From positions 1 to 37,704 of the forward strand of contig CAYOIM010000003.1 of the NCBI GenBank assembly GCA_964404075.1: a stretch of 37,704 bases of DNA. Direction: 5' to 3'. Positions 25,924 through 34,149 of the stretch are shown here, one piece after another; positions within the stretch are counted from its first letter, which is position 1; each line of letters begins with the position of its first letter. The notes beneath the pieces were generated by a model, which searched no databases, was not told where the DNA came from, and saw nothing but the letters and a program-made list of their open reading frames with translations. The DNA is from an uncultured Bdellovibrionales bacterium (lineage in GTDB: Bacteria; Patescibacteriota; Minisyncoccia; Moranbacterales; UBA1568). Position numbers and translations under genes: made by a program.

Positions 25924-27375
25924 TTACAGAAGAAAAAAATACTCGAACGGAACAAAAAGAACATTATCCTGTACTCCAAGAGCGCAAGAATTTGTCACCA
26001 CGATACCATATGTTCCCTGAACATTCTCCAAAGTCCGAACGACCTGTTGATGCATTCTTTTGTTAAAACCTGCCTCAACAACCAATCGCCGGTCTTTCCC
26101 GTCCACGACGAAATCCGCGCCACCCCTATCCGTATCATACCCAAGCGTCCAGCCGATAGAATCCTTACAATGACGGTACACATACATTCCGACCACATCC
26201 TCCAAGAGCTTCCCTTTATGCTGAATATCGATCGATCGAGAATCGATAATATGGAGAAGCGCCGCCCGCATACTCGAGGCGAGAAAAAGATATTTCGAAG
26301 GAAGCCTCACTCTCTTCGGTGACGATGAGGAAAACGGATAGATGCGTATGAGCAATTCGGCATCTCCCAGTGTTTTCAAAATACCGGAAAGCGTCTTGAC
26401 ATCGATATCCTTGAGCTCATTTGCCAAGCTTTGCAGGCTTTGTGTGTCCGAACCAGCGAGAATAAAGAGGAGTGCAAGAATCTTTTCTTGCTTATCCGGT
26501 GAAAACGATTTCATGGTCGGGATATCTCGCTCAACCACACGATCAATGACAGAATTCAAATTAGCATAAATAATCGCGTCATCGCTATAGGGAAGCACGG
26601 ATGGGGTCGAATAAAATTTCAGGTAGCGATCAATCGCACGAATATCAACCGATTGCCAATACTGCACCACAGCAGAACTCACCGCTTCAAGTTTCGCCAA
26701 AGCATGCTCTGCTCGCGAGCTTTCAAATAACGCATCGGCGATATGATCTCCGAGCTTCGGCGGAAATTGCACGGCCTTCTTCTTTTGATCTACCGAATCA
26801 GAGAGCATCACATACTCCGTAAATTTCAACGGATACATTTTCTCGATATGAGAACGCCTGGCGACATCGGTCGTCGTATTGAGTGCGATAGCCGATGATC
26901 CAGTCGAAATAATAAACACGCGCCGTGATCGGTCATAGAGTGATTTCAACGCGAACTGCCACTCTGGGTCGAAATGAACCTCGTCCACCAAAAGAAGCAT
27001 ATCGTCCTTCAGTTGTGAAAAGCTCGTTGTCAGAATCTCTTCATAGGCATCAATCACTTCAAAAAGATTCCCCTGCAACTTTTTGGTCACATCATCGAGC
27101 GAAACATAGAGGATATTCTTTCCGAATGATACCTGATACTGGAAAAATATCTGCGCCAAAACTGTCGTCTTCCCGACGCCACGCAATCCAGGAATGATTA
27201 TCCAGCGAGGCTCCCCATGCGATTCCAAAAACGATCGAACAAATTTTTCTATCCGATAATAGAAGTATCGTTTCAGATACGGCTTTCCATTTTGATCACG
27301 CGCCGAAAGTGCCAATGTCTTGGCTTGTTCCGAAAGCTGTCGGGAAATATAATTCTTTATATCTTCTCGTGCCAT
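25924..27375 (-). CDS. AAA ATPase (AAA_14/DUF4143-like) with a C-terminal PD-(D/E)xK-like segment
   Basis: 483 aa. It has Walker A (IIPGLRGVGKTTVL) and Walker B (MLLLVDEVH). The C-terminal GGADFVVDGKDRRLVVEAGFNK resembles a restriction-endonuclease-fold motif. Confidence 0.8.
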   Translation of the reverse strand: MAREDIKNYISRQLSEQAKTLALSARDQNGKPYLKRYFYYRIEKFVRSFLESHGEPRWIIIPGLRGVGKTTVLAQIFFQYQVSFGKNILYVSLDDVTKKLQGNLFEVIDAYEEILTTSFSQLKDDMLLLVDEVHFDPEWQFALKSLYDRSRRVFIISTGSSAIALNTTTDVARRSHIEKMYPLKFTEYVMLSDSVDQKKKAVQFPPKLGDHIADALFESSRAEHALAKLEAVSSAVVQYWQSVDIRAIDRYLKFYSTPSVLPYSDDAIIYANLNSVIDRVVERDIPTMKSFSPDKQEKILALLFILAGSDTQSLQSLANELKDIDVKTLSGILKTLGDAELLIRIYPFSSSSPKRVRLPSKYLFLASSMRAALLHIIDSRSIDIQHKGKLLEDVVGMYVYRHCKDSIGWTLGYDTDRGGADFVVDGKDRRLVVEAGFNKRMHQQVVRTLENVQGTYGIVVTNSCALGVQDNVLFVPFEYFFLL

Positions 27376-27413
27376 TGCTCTTCGGTAATTGAATGATACA
27401 AAAATGTGTGTTT

Positions 27414-27435
27414 CTATGGTAACTCATTACCATAG
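27414..27435. promoter_or_regulatory. Perfect 9-bp inverted repeat upstream of the ATPase gene
   Basis: ctatggtaa-ctca-ttaccatag. On the minus strand it overlaps a possible TTACCA, 18-nt spacer, TATCAT promoter about 30 nt before the ATPase ATG. Confidence 0.35.
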
Positions 27436-27518
27436 ACATGTCAATAGGCATTATTTTACCTCAAACAAGGGAAAATACGACTCAATTTCTATACCAACGA
27501 GCCCGCGTTTTCATAAAG

Positions 27519-27550
27519 ATCTACAACAGTAGAAATCTTATAGGCGCATT
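27519..27550 (-). CRISPR. Orphan Cas12a-type (type V-A) CRISPR direct repeat, copy 2
   Basis: The minus strand reads AATGCGCCTATAAGATTTCTACTGTTGTAGAT. It supplies the last three codons and the stop codon of the cas12a stub. Confidence 0.75.
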
Positions 27551-27825
27551 TGGCTCTTCTTGTCCTGTTGCCACTTTCGAAAAATATCAAGGTATTCATC
27601 GAGGTCATCAAGCTGAATGTCCCGCAGTGCTTCCTGTACAAACTCCCGATGAAGTCGATCGAAATATCGCTTCACCTTTTCGTACTTTTCTTTTCGGATG
27701 CGGTCTTCTGCGACAACATCATTCTCTACCAACATTTGCTGTGTATTCCCAATCGGCTTCAACTCAAACCGAAGGGTCTTCGAGAGCGCGTACTGATTCG
27801 TAAAATCCTGAAAAAGAGACTTCAT
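27538..27825 (-). pseudogene. cas12a: N-terminal fragment (95 codons) of cas12a (cpf1)
   Basis: MKSLFQDFTNQYALSKTLRFELKPIGNTQQML ... DRIRKEKYEKVKRYFDRLHREFVQEAL matches the highly conserved Cas12a N-terminus (F.N.Y.LSKTLRFEL.P.G.T). A full Cas12a is about 1200-1300 aa. Here the frame runs into the CRISPR repeat and stops. Confidence 0.8.
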
Positions 27826-27904
27826 AGGATTGCCATAAGAAATTAACATCATCAGCCCCATTCTCCCATTACTCTCCAAATAATACCACTGCAAACTCCC
27901 GATT

Positions 27905-27934
27905 ATAAAAAAATCCACCCCTACAGGGCGGATT
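27905..27934 (-). terminator. Intrinsic terminator after rpsO
   Basis: The minus strand reads aatccgcc-ctgtagg-ggtggatt followed by tttttta, about 25 nt after the rpsO stop. Confidence 0.7.
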
Positions 27935-27958
27935 TTAGATGATTTATTGGTGTGAGCT

Positions 27959-28222
27959 TTAGAGTCCCAGTTCGGTCATGACTTTCGCATGAGCCCCGGG
28001 ATTGGTCTTTTCAAGGTAGGAGACGAGCTTCTTCCGCTTAGAGACCATCTTGAGGAGTCCGCGGCGGGAATGGAAGTCCTGCTTGTTTTTCTTGAGGTGG
28101 AGGGTGAGTCGCTTGATCTGTTCGGTGAAGAGAGCGATCTGATATTCCGGAGAACCGGTGTCCTTCTCATGCCGTTTCACTTCCTTCGTCACTCGATCTT
28201 TCTGCTTGTTCGACAGCGCCAT
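27959..28222 (-). CDS. rpsO: 30S ribosomal protein S15
   Basis: 87 aa. DTGSPEYQIALFTEQIKRLTLHLKKNKQDFHSRRGLLKMVSKRKKLVSYL is the S15 signature. Confidence 0.95.
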   Translation of the reverse strand: MALSNKQKDRVTKEVKRHEKDTGSPEYQIALFTEQIKRLTLHLKKNKQDFHSRRGLLKMVSKRKKLVSYLEKTNPGAHAKVMTELGL

Positions 28223-28349
28223 ATCGATATAGAGCCATACCCTCGTGTCTTTCTACCGAAAGGCACCAAAGTACGCTACAAAAAAATAATTTACCTATTG
28301 AATCTATCATGCCTTTCTTTTTTTGACAAGACAGCAGAAAAATGTTTCA

Positions 28350-28721
28350 ATGATGTGTCCCAATCCCGCGGACAATTCTTTCAAGGAGAATCCATTGCAA
28401 CTCGTCGTTCAAGCGGCAAACAACCGGAAGAAAAAGGCGCGTATCGAAGTCCCATCCCCGCACAAAGTGCTCCATCTCGAGCCACGAACGCTTCAGGGTG
28501 TCACTTCGCTCGAATTCCTCCAGGCAGTTTTCCCGAATTTTGAGGATCGCATCAAAGTAACATTCGATCCCGATGCTGACTTGGCAAAACTTGACTTCGG
28601 AAACCGGCGTCTCGTCACATGGAACGGTGGTACCCCGACGCCAACCGTAACTATTCCGCGCAACAGCGGGAAGTTCACGCTCGGCATTCGAGGCCTCACG
28701 CTTCTCGTGAGTCTGCAATAA
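28350..28721 (+). CDS. Hypothetical small protein (strand assignment uncertain)
   Basis: 123 aa from an ATGATG start. NTC-type codon choice (ctc, atc, ttc, gtc) resembles the neighbouring genes. A terminator follows. A codon-for-codon antisense ORF (28347..28718, TTG start, Cys/Trp-rich) is more likely a shadow. Confidence 0.4.
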   Translation: MMCPNPADNSFKENPLQLVVQAANNRKKKARIEVPSPHKVLHLEPRTLQGVTSLEFLQAVFPNFEDRIKVTFDPDADLAKLDFGNRRLVTWNGGTPTPTVTIPRNSGKFTLGIRGLTLLVSLQ

Positions 28722-28743
28722 CTACTGCGATCTCACACGCAAC

Positions 28744-28790
28744 AAAAAAACGGCCCAGGCGTATCATCGCCAAGGTCGTTTTTCATTTTT
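28744..28790. terminator. Bidirectional intrinsic terminator (gyrA on minus, small ORF on plus)
   Basis: A two-tier stem, acggcc..ggcg-tatcat-cgcc..ggtcgt, is flanked by aaaaaaa upstream and ttttcattttt downstream. Confidence 0.6.
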
Positions 28791-28927
28791 ATCAAAAACA
28801 TTATAAAATTTTCAAATTCGAGCGCAGTTCGAGGTGCCATCGAGGAGCGGAGCAAGCTGTACGCAAGCGGTACAGCGGCGAGCACCAGAGATGGGAACGA
28901 AGAAGTGCGCCGAAAGTGGAAATTTTA

Positions 28928-31381
28928 TTACAGGATCGTGAATGCGCCGACGCGGTCTCCAGCCTGCGGCTTCATTACACGCACGCCCTGCGTCACACGC
29001 GAGAGGAGCGGCACGGATTTGAACGGTACGCGGATGATCGTCCCCTTCGCCGAAGTGATGATGAGGTCATCCTCGATATTCGCCATACTCGTGATCATCG
29101 CACCGACGAGCTCTCCTGTTTTCGGCGTCACTTTCATCGTCTTGATACCGCTCCCGCCTCGTTTCTGCACCTTGTAAGACTTCAGATCGCTTCGCTTGCC
29201 GAGTCCGTTCTGCGAGAGGATGAGGAGTTCCATATTCTTCGCGTCATCCTTCCGCACGACTTCCGCGCCGACGACTTCATCGTCCTTACCGAGTTTGATA
29301 CCGCGCACGCCCGAGGCGCTCCGCCCCATCGCCCGCACATCTGCCTCCTTGAACCGGATTGCCTGACCGTGACGGGTCGTCATGACCATATCGTCCGTAC
29401 CGGTCGTCAGCTGTACCCATCCGAGCACATCGCCTTTGTCGAGGTTGATCGCGATAAGTCCGCTCCGCCTCACATTCGCGAAATCCTCGATCTTCGTTTT
29501 CTTCACCGTGCCGAATTTCGTCGCCATGAAGAGATATTTGAATCCATCGTCCTTGCCACGGGAGATCATCGCCGTGATCCGTTCCTCCGGAGAGATCTGG
29601 AGGAAGTTCACGATCGCCTGTCCCTTCGCCGTGCGGGACGATTCGGGAATCTCATACGCCTTGGTCTGGAAGATCTTTCCCGTATTCGTGAAGAACATGA
29701 GATCATCGTGCGTTTCGATACTCGCGACCTTGTCGATGCGATCTTCTTCCTTCGTCACCGCACCGATCACGCCCTTGCCGCCGCGTTTCTGCACGCGGTA
29801 GACATCCGGGTTCATCCGCTTCACATATCCATCATCGGTGAGCGTGATGATGGCGCTCTCATTCGGGATGAGGTCTTCTTGGCTGAATTCGCCGATACCG
29901 CCCGAGATGACGCGCGTCTTCCTCGCATCGCCGAATGTATCACGGAGTTCGACGAGCTCGCTCTTCACGAGGCCGAGAATCTTCTCCCGATGCAAGAGGA
30001 GATCCTCAAGATATGCGATGAGCTTGTACTTTTCGTCCAATTCGTCCTCGATCTTCTTTCGCTCGAGACCGGCCAAGGTCTGCAGGCGCATCTCGAGTAT
30101 CGCCGTCGCCTGCCGATCGGAGAGCTTGAACTTCTTCATGAGGTTCACATGCGCCTCTTCCTTGGTCGGAGATTTCCTGATGGTATCGATGACCTGATCG
30201 ATATGATCGAGAGCGATCTTCAACCCCTCGAGGATATGTGCCCGATCCTTCGCCTTGCGCAAATCGTATTCGGTCCGCCGTACGACCACCTTCTCGCGAT
30301 GCGCGATGTAGTATTCGAGGATCGCTTTCAGATTCAGCACCTGCGGATCGATGCCATCGACCAGCGCGAGCATGTTCACATTGAAATTCTTCTGTAGATC
30401 CGTCAGTGAGTAGAGCTGGTTCAGAACTTTCTGCGGATAGGCTTCTTTCTTCAGATCAATGACAATTCGTACACCATCCTGATCGGACTCATCGCGGATG
30501 TCCTTGATACCCATGATGCGGCCTTCCTTCACATGATCCGCGAGATTCTCGATCAGGGTCGATTTGTTCGTCTGATAGGTGATCTCATTCACGACGATCT
30601 GGAACTGCCCCGCCTTCGGCTCGACGATCTCCACCTTGCCACGGGTCACGATACGACCGCGACCGGTCATATATGCCTCCCGTATCTCCTTCTTATTGTA
30701 GATGATGCCCCCCGTCGGGAAATCCGGTCCCTTGATGAAATTCATGAGATCCTCAATGCTCGCGTCCGGATAATCGATGAGATGGACGATTCCATCGACG
30801 AGCTCGTTCAGGTTGTGTGGCGGGATATTCGTCGCCATACCGACGGCGATACCGACCGTTCCATTGAGAAGCAGTTGCGGGAGTTTCGCCGGGAGCACCG
30901 TCGGCTCCTCATGCATGCCATCGAAATTCGGGATGAAATCCACCGTATCCTTGTCGATGTCGATCAGCATTTCTTCGGCGATCGCCGAGAGTTTCGCCTC
31001 GGTATACCGGTACGCCGCGGCGCCATCGCCATCGAGCGAGCCGAAGTTCCCCTGACCATGCACGAGTGGGTACCGCAAGGAAAAATCCTGCGCCATGCGG
31101 ACCATGGTTTCATAGACGGCTGAGTCACCGTGCGGATGCCATTTGCCGAGCACTTCGCCGACGACGGTCGCGGATTTGCGGAACTTCGCCGTGGAACGGA
31201 GTCCGGTAGACCACATCGAATAGAGGATGCGGCGATGCACCGGCTTCAACCCGTCACGGACATCCGGAAGCGCACGCGACACGATGACGCTCATCGCATA
31301 GTCGAGGTAGGATTGCTTCACTTCCGTCGTGATGCTCCGGGATTCGATTCTCCCCTCATGAAAAACAGTTTTTTCAGCCAT
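28928..31381 (-). CDS. gyrA: DNA gyrase subunit A
   Basis: 817 aa. It has [30 protein letters not shown] and the active-site region [12 protein letters not shown]-terminal beta-pinwheel repeats are present. Confidence 0.95.
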   Translation of the reverse strand: MAEKTVFHEGRIESRSITTEVKQSYLDYAMSVIVSRALPDVRDGLKPVHRRILYSMWSTGLRSTAKFRKSATVVGEVLGKWHPHGDSAVYETMVRMAQDFSLRYPLVHGQGNFGSLDGDGAAAYRYTEAKLSAIAEEMLIDIDKDTVDFIPNFDGMHEEPTVLPAKLPQLLLNGTVGIAVGMATNIPPHNLNELVDGIVHLIDYPDASIEDLMNFIKGPDFPTGGIIYNKKEIREAYMTGRGRIVTRGKVEIVEPKAGQFQIVVNEITYQTNKSTLIENLADHVKEGRIMGIKDIRDESDQDGVRIVIDLKKEAYPQKVLNQLYSLTDLQKNFNVNMLALVDGIDPQVLNLKAILEYYIAHREKVVVRRTEYDLRKAKDRAHILEGLKIALDHIDQVIDTIRKSPTKEEAHVNLMKKFKLSDRQATAILEMRLQTLAGLERKKIEDELDEKYKLIAYLEDLLLHREKILGLVKSELVELRDTFGDARKTRVISGGIGEFSQEDLIPNESAIITLTDDGYVKRMNPDVYRVQKRGGKGVIGAVTKEEDRIDKVASIETHDDLMFFTNTGKIFQTKAYEIPESSRTAKGQAIVNFLQISPEERITAMISRGKDDGFKYLFMATKFGTVKKTKIEDFANVRRSGLIAINLDKGDVLGWVQLTTGTDDMVMTTRHGQAIRFKEADVRAMGRSASGVRGIKLGKDDEVVGAEVVRKDDAKNMELLILSQNGLGKRSDLKSYKVQKRGGSGIKTMKVTPKTGELVGAMITSMANIEDDLIITSAKGTIIRVPFKSVPLLSRVTQGVRVMKPQAGDRVGAFTIL

Positions 31382-31419
31382 ATGAATACGCGTTATCGGG
31401 ATAGCCTCTCACAAGAAAA

Positions 31420-31728
31420 TCATGGTGCGCCCGTATCATCCCCCACAGGCTTCCTCATCTGCTCTGACTGCAGGAATTCTTCTCCGGTAGGAACCTTTTT
31501 CATCGTCCCGATCCCCGAGATATCATCAAATGACGGTGCCTTCGGGAGATTCAGATCAGGAACCGATGCCGGCTGATCCGCAACGGAACGGAATCCCTCG
31601 TAAATGGAAAACATCCACAAGAGGAGGACGAATACCATCGATACGATGACGGAGAGCATGACATACCGCATGCGGATATGCTCCGGCTCCCGCCGAATCG
31701 CTTCAATTTTCTCAAGCAATCGCTCCAT
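31420..31728 (-). CDS. Hypothetical small membrane protein
   Basis: 102 aa from MERLLEKIEAI. It has one TM segment (VMLSVIVSMVFVLLLWMFSI). I recognise no motif. Confidence 0.5.
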   Translation of the reverse strand: MERLLEKIEAIRREPEHIRMRYVMLSVIVSMVFVLLLWMFSIYEGFRSVADQPASVPDLNLPKAPSFDDISGIGTMKKVPTGEEFLQSEQMRKPVGDDTGAP

Positions 31729-31738
31729 ACGGAATGTT

Positions 31739-32401
31739 CTAGCCCCTCTCAAAGAATACCACTTCCATATTCTTTCCTTCGATATCTTTTTTCTTGATAT
31801 TCAGTTTCGCGATCCGATCCGTATTGCAATTATCGAATTCCGCGCAAAAAGCCTTCTCCGTACCGAGGTTTCCGACCATACCGGGCATGAGATAATGCAT
31901 CGGGATCACGATCTTCGGCTCGATCTTCCGTATGGCATCCTCCGCCTGCTTTGGCGAGAGCGTATCACCGCCGCCGATCGGAATGAACAGGATATCGACA
32001 CCGTTCACCTTCTCCAGGAGATCCGCCGATACCTCATGCCCGATCGCACCGAGAAAACAACAATGAATCCCTTCCGATTCGAATGAAAATACGGTGTTTT
32101 GCCCGCGTATCGCACCACTCTCACCATCCCGAAACGATGCGAAACCGAGCGCGGTCACTCCATACGCGGCATATTCTCCCGGGGCATCGAGCAATGCCGG
32201 CTCGCTCTTCAAAAGTCCGGAAAGATTATCATCATCACGATTCGTATGGGAAAGCATGAGCATGCTTGCCTGCCCGAACGGAGCGCGGAGCCCCACTTCC
32301 TTCCCGCAAGGATCCGTCCACAAGACGACATCCTCGGTCGCCCGCCCCGCCGGCTTGGTCGTGATCTTGAAGCAATAATCTCCGTAATATTGTATCTGCA
32401 T
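31739..32401 (-). CDS. Metallo-beta-lactamase-fold protein (UPF0173-like) with a degenerate His motif
   Basis: 220 aa. The start (MQIQYYGDYCFKITT) and the layout (PIGGGDTLSPKQA ... IPMHY) resemble UPF0173 hydrolases. The HxHxDH position reads LSHTNRDDD. Confidence 0.6.
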   Translation of the reverse strand: MQIQYYGDYCFKITTKPAGRATEDVVLWTDPCGKEVGLRAPFGQASMLMLSHTNRDDDNLSGLLKSEPALLDAPGEYAAYGVTALGFASFRDGESGAIRGQNTVFSFESEGIHCCFLGAIGHEVSADLLEKVNGVDILFIPIGGGDTLSPKQAEDAIRKIEPKIVIPMHYLMPGMVGNLGTEKAFCAEFDNCNTDRIAKLNIKKKDIEGKNMEVVFFERG

Positions 32402-32411
32402 ATTGCGAGAG

Positions 32412-32496
32412 ATGAGAAGTGAGAGGTAAGAGGTAAGAAATGAGGGACGATAATTTTTAACAGCGGACGCACCGCTCCAAAAGCGGAACGACCGCG
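32412..32496. repeat. Purine-rich tract plus GC-rich quasi-palindrome, copy A2
   Basis: gagaagtgagaggtaagaggtaagaaatgaggg ... aatttttaa-cagcggacgcaccgctccaaaagcggaacgaccgcgg-ttaaaaatt. The core alternates GCGG/CCGC four times. The outer arms aatttttaa/ttaaaaatt also pair. Confidence 0.7.
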
Positions 32497-32767
32497 GTTA
32501 AAAATTCAAAAATTCAAAGAAAAAAGCCTTCTATTTAGAATCAACTCTAACGCAGTCGATTATACCAAGGGTGCGGAACAAAATCAACTTGCCAGAAACG
32601 AAAAACTGAGTTATGCTGTTTCGGTAGTGAGGAAAGAAGATTCCCCTGAGGTAATCCGTAAACAATAGAATAAGAGATGCTTGAATCTCTATATTTCCTT
32701 TATTTACGGCTTTCCAGAGCTGTTTTCTTTTTTTGAGAGACGGATGACGCGTTAATCCTTGAATGAA

Positions 32768-34048
32768 ATGCCGCGTCCATTTCAACAGCACAACCGTATG
32801 ACCAATGCGATCGCAACAACCGAAGAAAAGAAGCCACTCTCCGCCATGGGAGCACTCCTCGAAAAAGAGGAACTCTCCATACCGGAAGTCGGCGATGTCA
32901 TCAAAGGAACCATTTCTTTCGTTTCATCCAATCATGCGCTGATAGACCTGGGACCCCTCGGCACCGGGATCGTCCTCGGCAAGGAAATGCGCGACGGCAT
33001 GAAAAGCGGGGTCAAGCTCCGTATCGGCGATGAGGTCACCGCGACCCTCGTGTCCTTCGAAGGCGAAGAGGGCTACATCGACCTTTCCATCCGCGAAGCT
33101 TCCCATGATCGATCCTGGGAGGACATCGAGGTGAAACGCAAAAACATGGAAGTCGTCGCGACGAAGATCTTGGAAGCGAACAAGGGCGGGCTCATGGTGG
33201 AAATCAACGGCATCACCGGATTCCTCCCCGTCTCCCAACTTTCAAGCGAACACTATCCTCGCGTGGAAGATGGCGACAAGATGAAAATCTTCGAACTCCT
33301 GAAGAAGCTCATCGGAGTCGAGGTGCTCGTCCGTATCCTCGATGCCGATCGCATGACCGACAAGCTTATCGTCAGCGAAAAGGCGGCGCAGAGCGAGAAG
33401 GAACGCGCGGTCATCGGCAAGCTCCGTGTCGGCGATACGATTTCCGGAGAAGTGAGCGGCGTCGTTGATTTCGGCGCGTTCGTGAAGTTCTTTCCGACAA
33501 CGACCGATGGCGAGAAGAAGCCGAACGAGAAGCTCGAAGGACTCGTCCATATTTCCGAACTTGCCTGGCAACTCATCGATGACCCCCGTGAAATCGTGAA
33601 AACCGGCGATCGAGTCGACGCGAAGATCATCGGCATCGAGGATACCCGCATTTCCCTCTCCATGAAAGCTCTGAAAAGCGACCCCTGGTCTATCGTCATG
33701 GAGAAATACAAAGTAGGCGACATCGTGAAGGGAAAAGTCGATAAGATCAATCATTTCGGCGCCTTCGTCTATCTCGACAAAGACATCCACGGTCTCGCCC
33801 ATGTCAGTGAATTCCACGATGTCTACCCGAACCGCAAGATGGAAGAACTCTTCACCATCGGAGAAACCTATACCTGGAAAATCCTCTCCATCGAAGCGAG
33901 GTCTCATCGCATGGGACTCCTTCCGGTAAAAGATGCGCCGAAGGATGAGCTCGGGCAAACCGTCAAAGCAGAGAAAAAGAAGAAATCCGCTGAGGAAAAG
34001 AAAGTGGGTGAAGTGCCAAAAGAAAGTGTCGGAGAGGTCACGGCATAG
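32768..34048 (+). CDS. rpsA: 30S ribosomal protein S1 (four S1 domains)
   Basis: S1-domain repeats are present (GDVIKGTISFV..., GGLMVEINGITGFLP, GDTISGEVSGVVDFGAFVKF, GDIVKGKVDKINHFGAFVYL). The C-terminal tail is Lys-rich. The start is uncertain (ATG at 32768, 32798 or 32846). Confidence 0.88.
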   Translation: MPRPFQQHNRMTNAIATTEEKKPLSAMGALLEKEELSIPEVGDVIKGTISFVSSNHALIDLGPLGTGIVLGKEMRDGMKSGVKLRIGDEVTATLVSFEGEEGYIDLSIREASHDRSWEDIEVKRKNMEVVATKILEANKGGLMVEINGITGFLPVSQLSSEHYPRVEDGDKMKIFELLKKLIGVEVLVRILDADRMTDKLIVSEKAAQSEKERAVIGKLRVGDTISGEVSGVVDFGAFVKFFPTTTDGEKKPNEKLEGLVHISELAWQLIDDPREIVKTGDRVDAKIIGIEDTRISLSMKALKSDPWSIVMEKYKVGDIVKGKVDKINHFGAFVYLDKDIHGLAHVSEFHDVYPNRKMEELFTIGETYTWKILSIEARSHRMGLLPVKDAPKDELGQTVKAEKKKKSAEEKKVGEVPKESVGEVTA

Positions 34049-34149
34049 TCACTGCCACCCCTGACAAAAGATACTCCCGAAGATTCGGGAGTATCTTTCT
34101 TTACTTCCAGCCGAAAATGAGGTACAACGAGTGGGTATCATTGTATGGA

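Noticed and set aside
25823-27960. A functional multi-spacer CRISPR array.
   Set aside because: Only two repeat copies exist, and they are 1640 bp apart rather than about 60-70 bp. I found no third copy, even a degenerate one, within the window on either strand. An 8-nt aatttcta at 27484-27491 is too short to count.
28619-30397. A 592-aa plus-strand ORF antisense to gyrA. Similar long antisense ORFs occur at 10299..11537 (pcrA), 20841..22139 (pnp), 3949..5151 (dnaG), 14502..15554, 15467..16300, 33242..33958 and 34138..34896.
   Set aside because: All lie opposite genes with unambiguous family motifs. They are Arg/His/Asp/Leu-rich with no motifs. Codon bias in the real genes suppresses stop codons on the opposite strand, so these are shadow ORFs.
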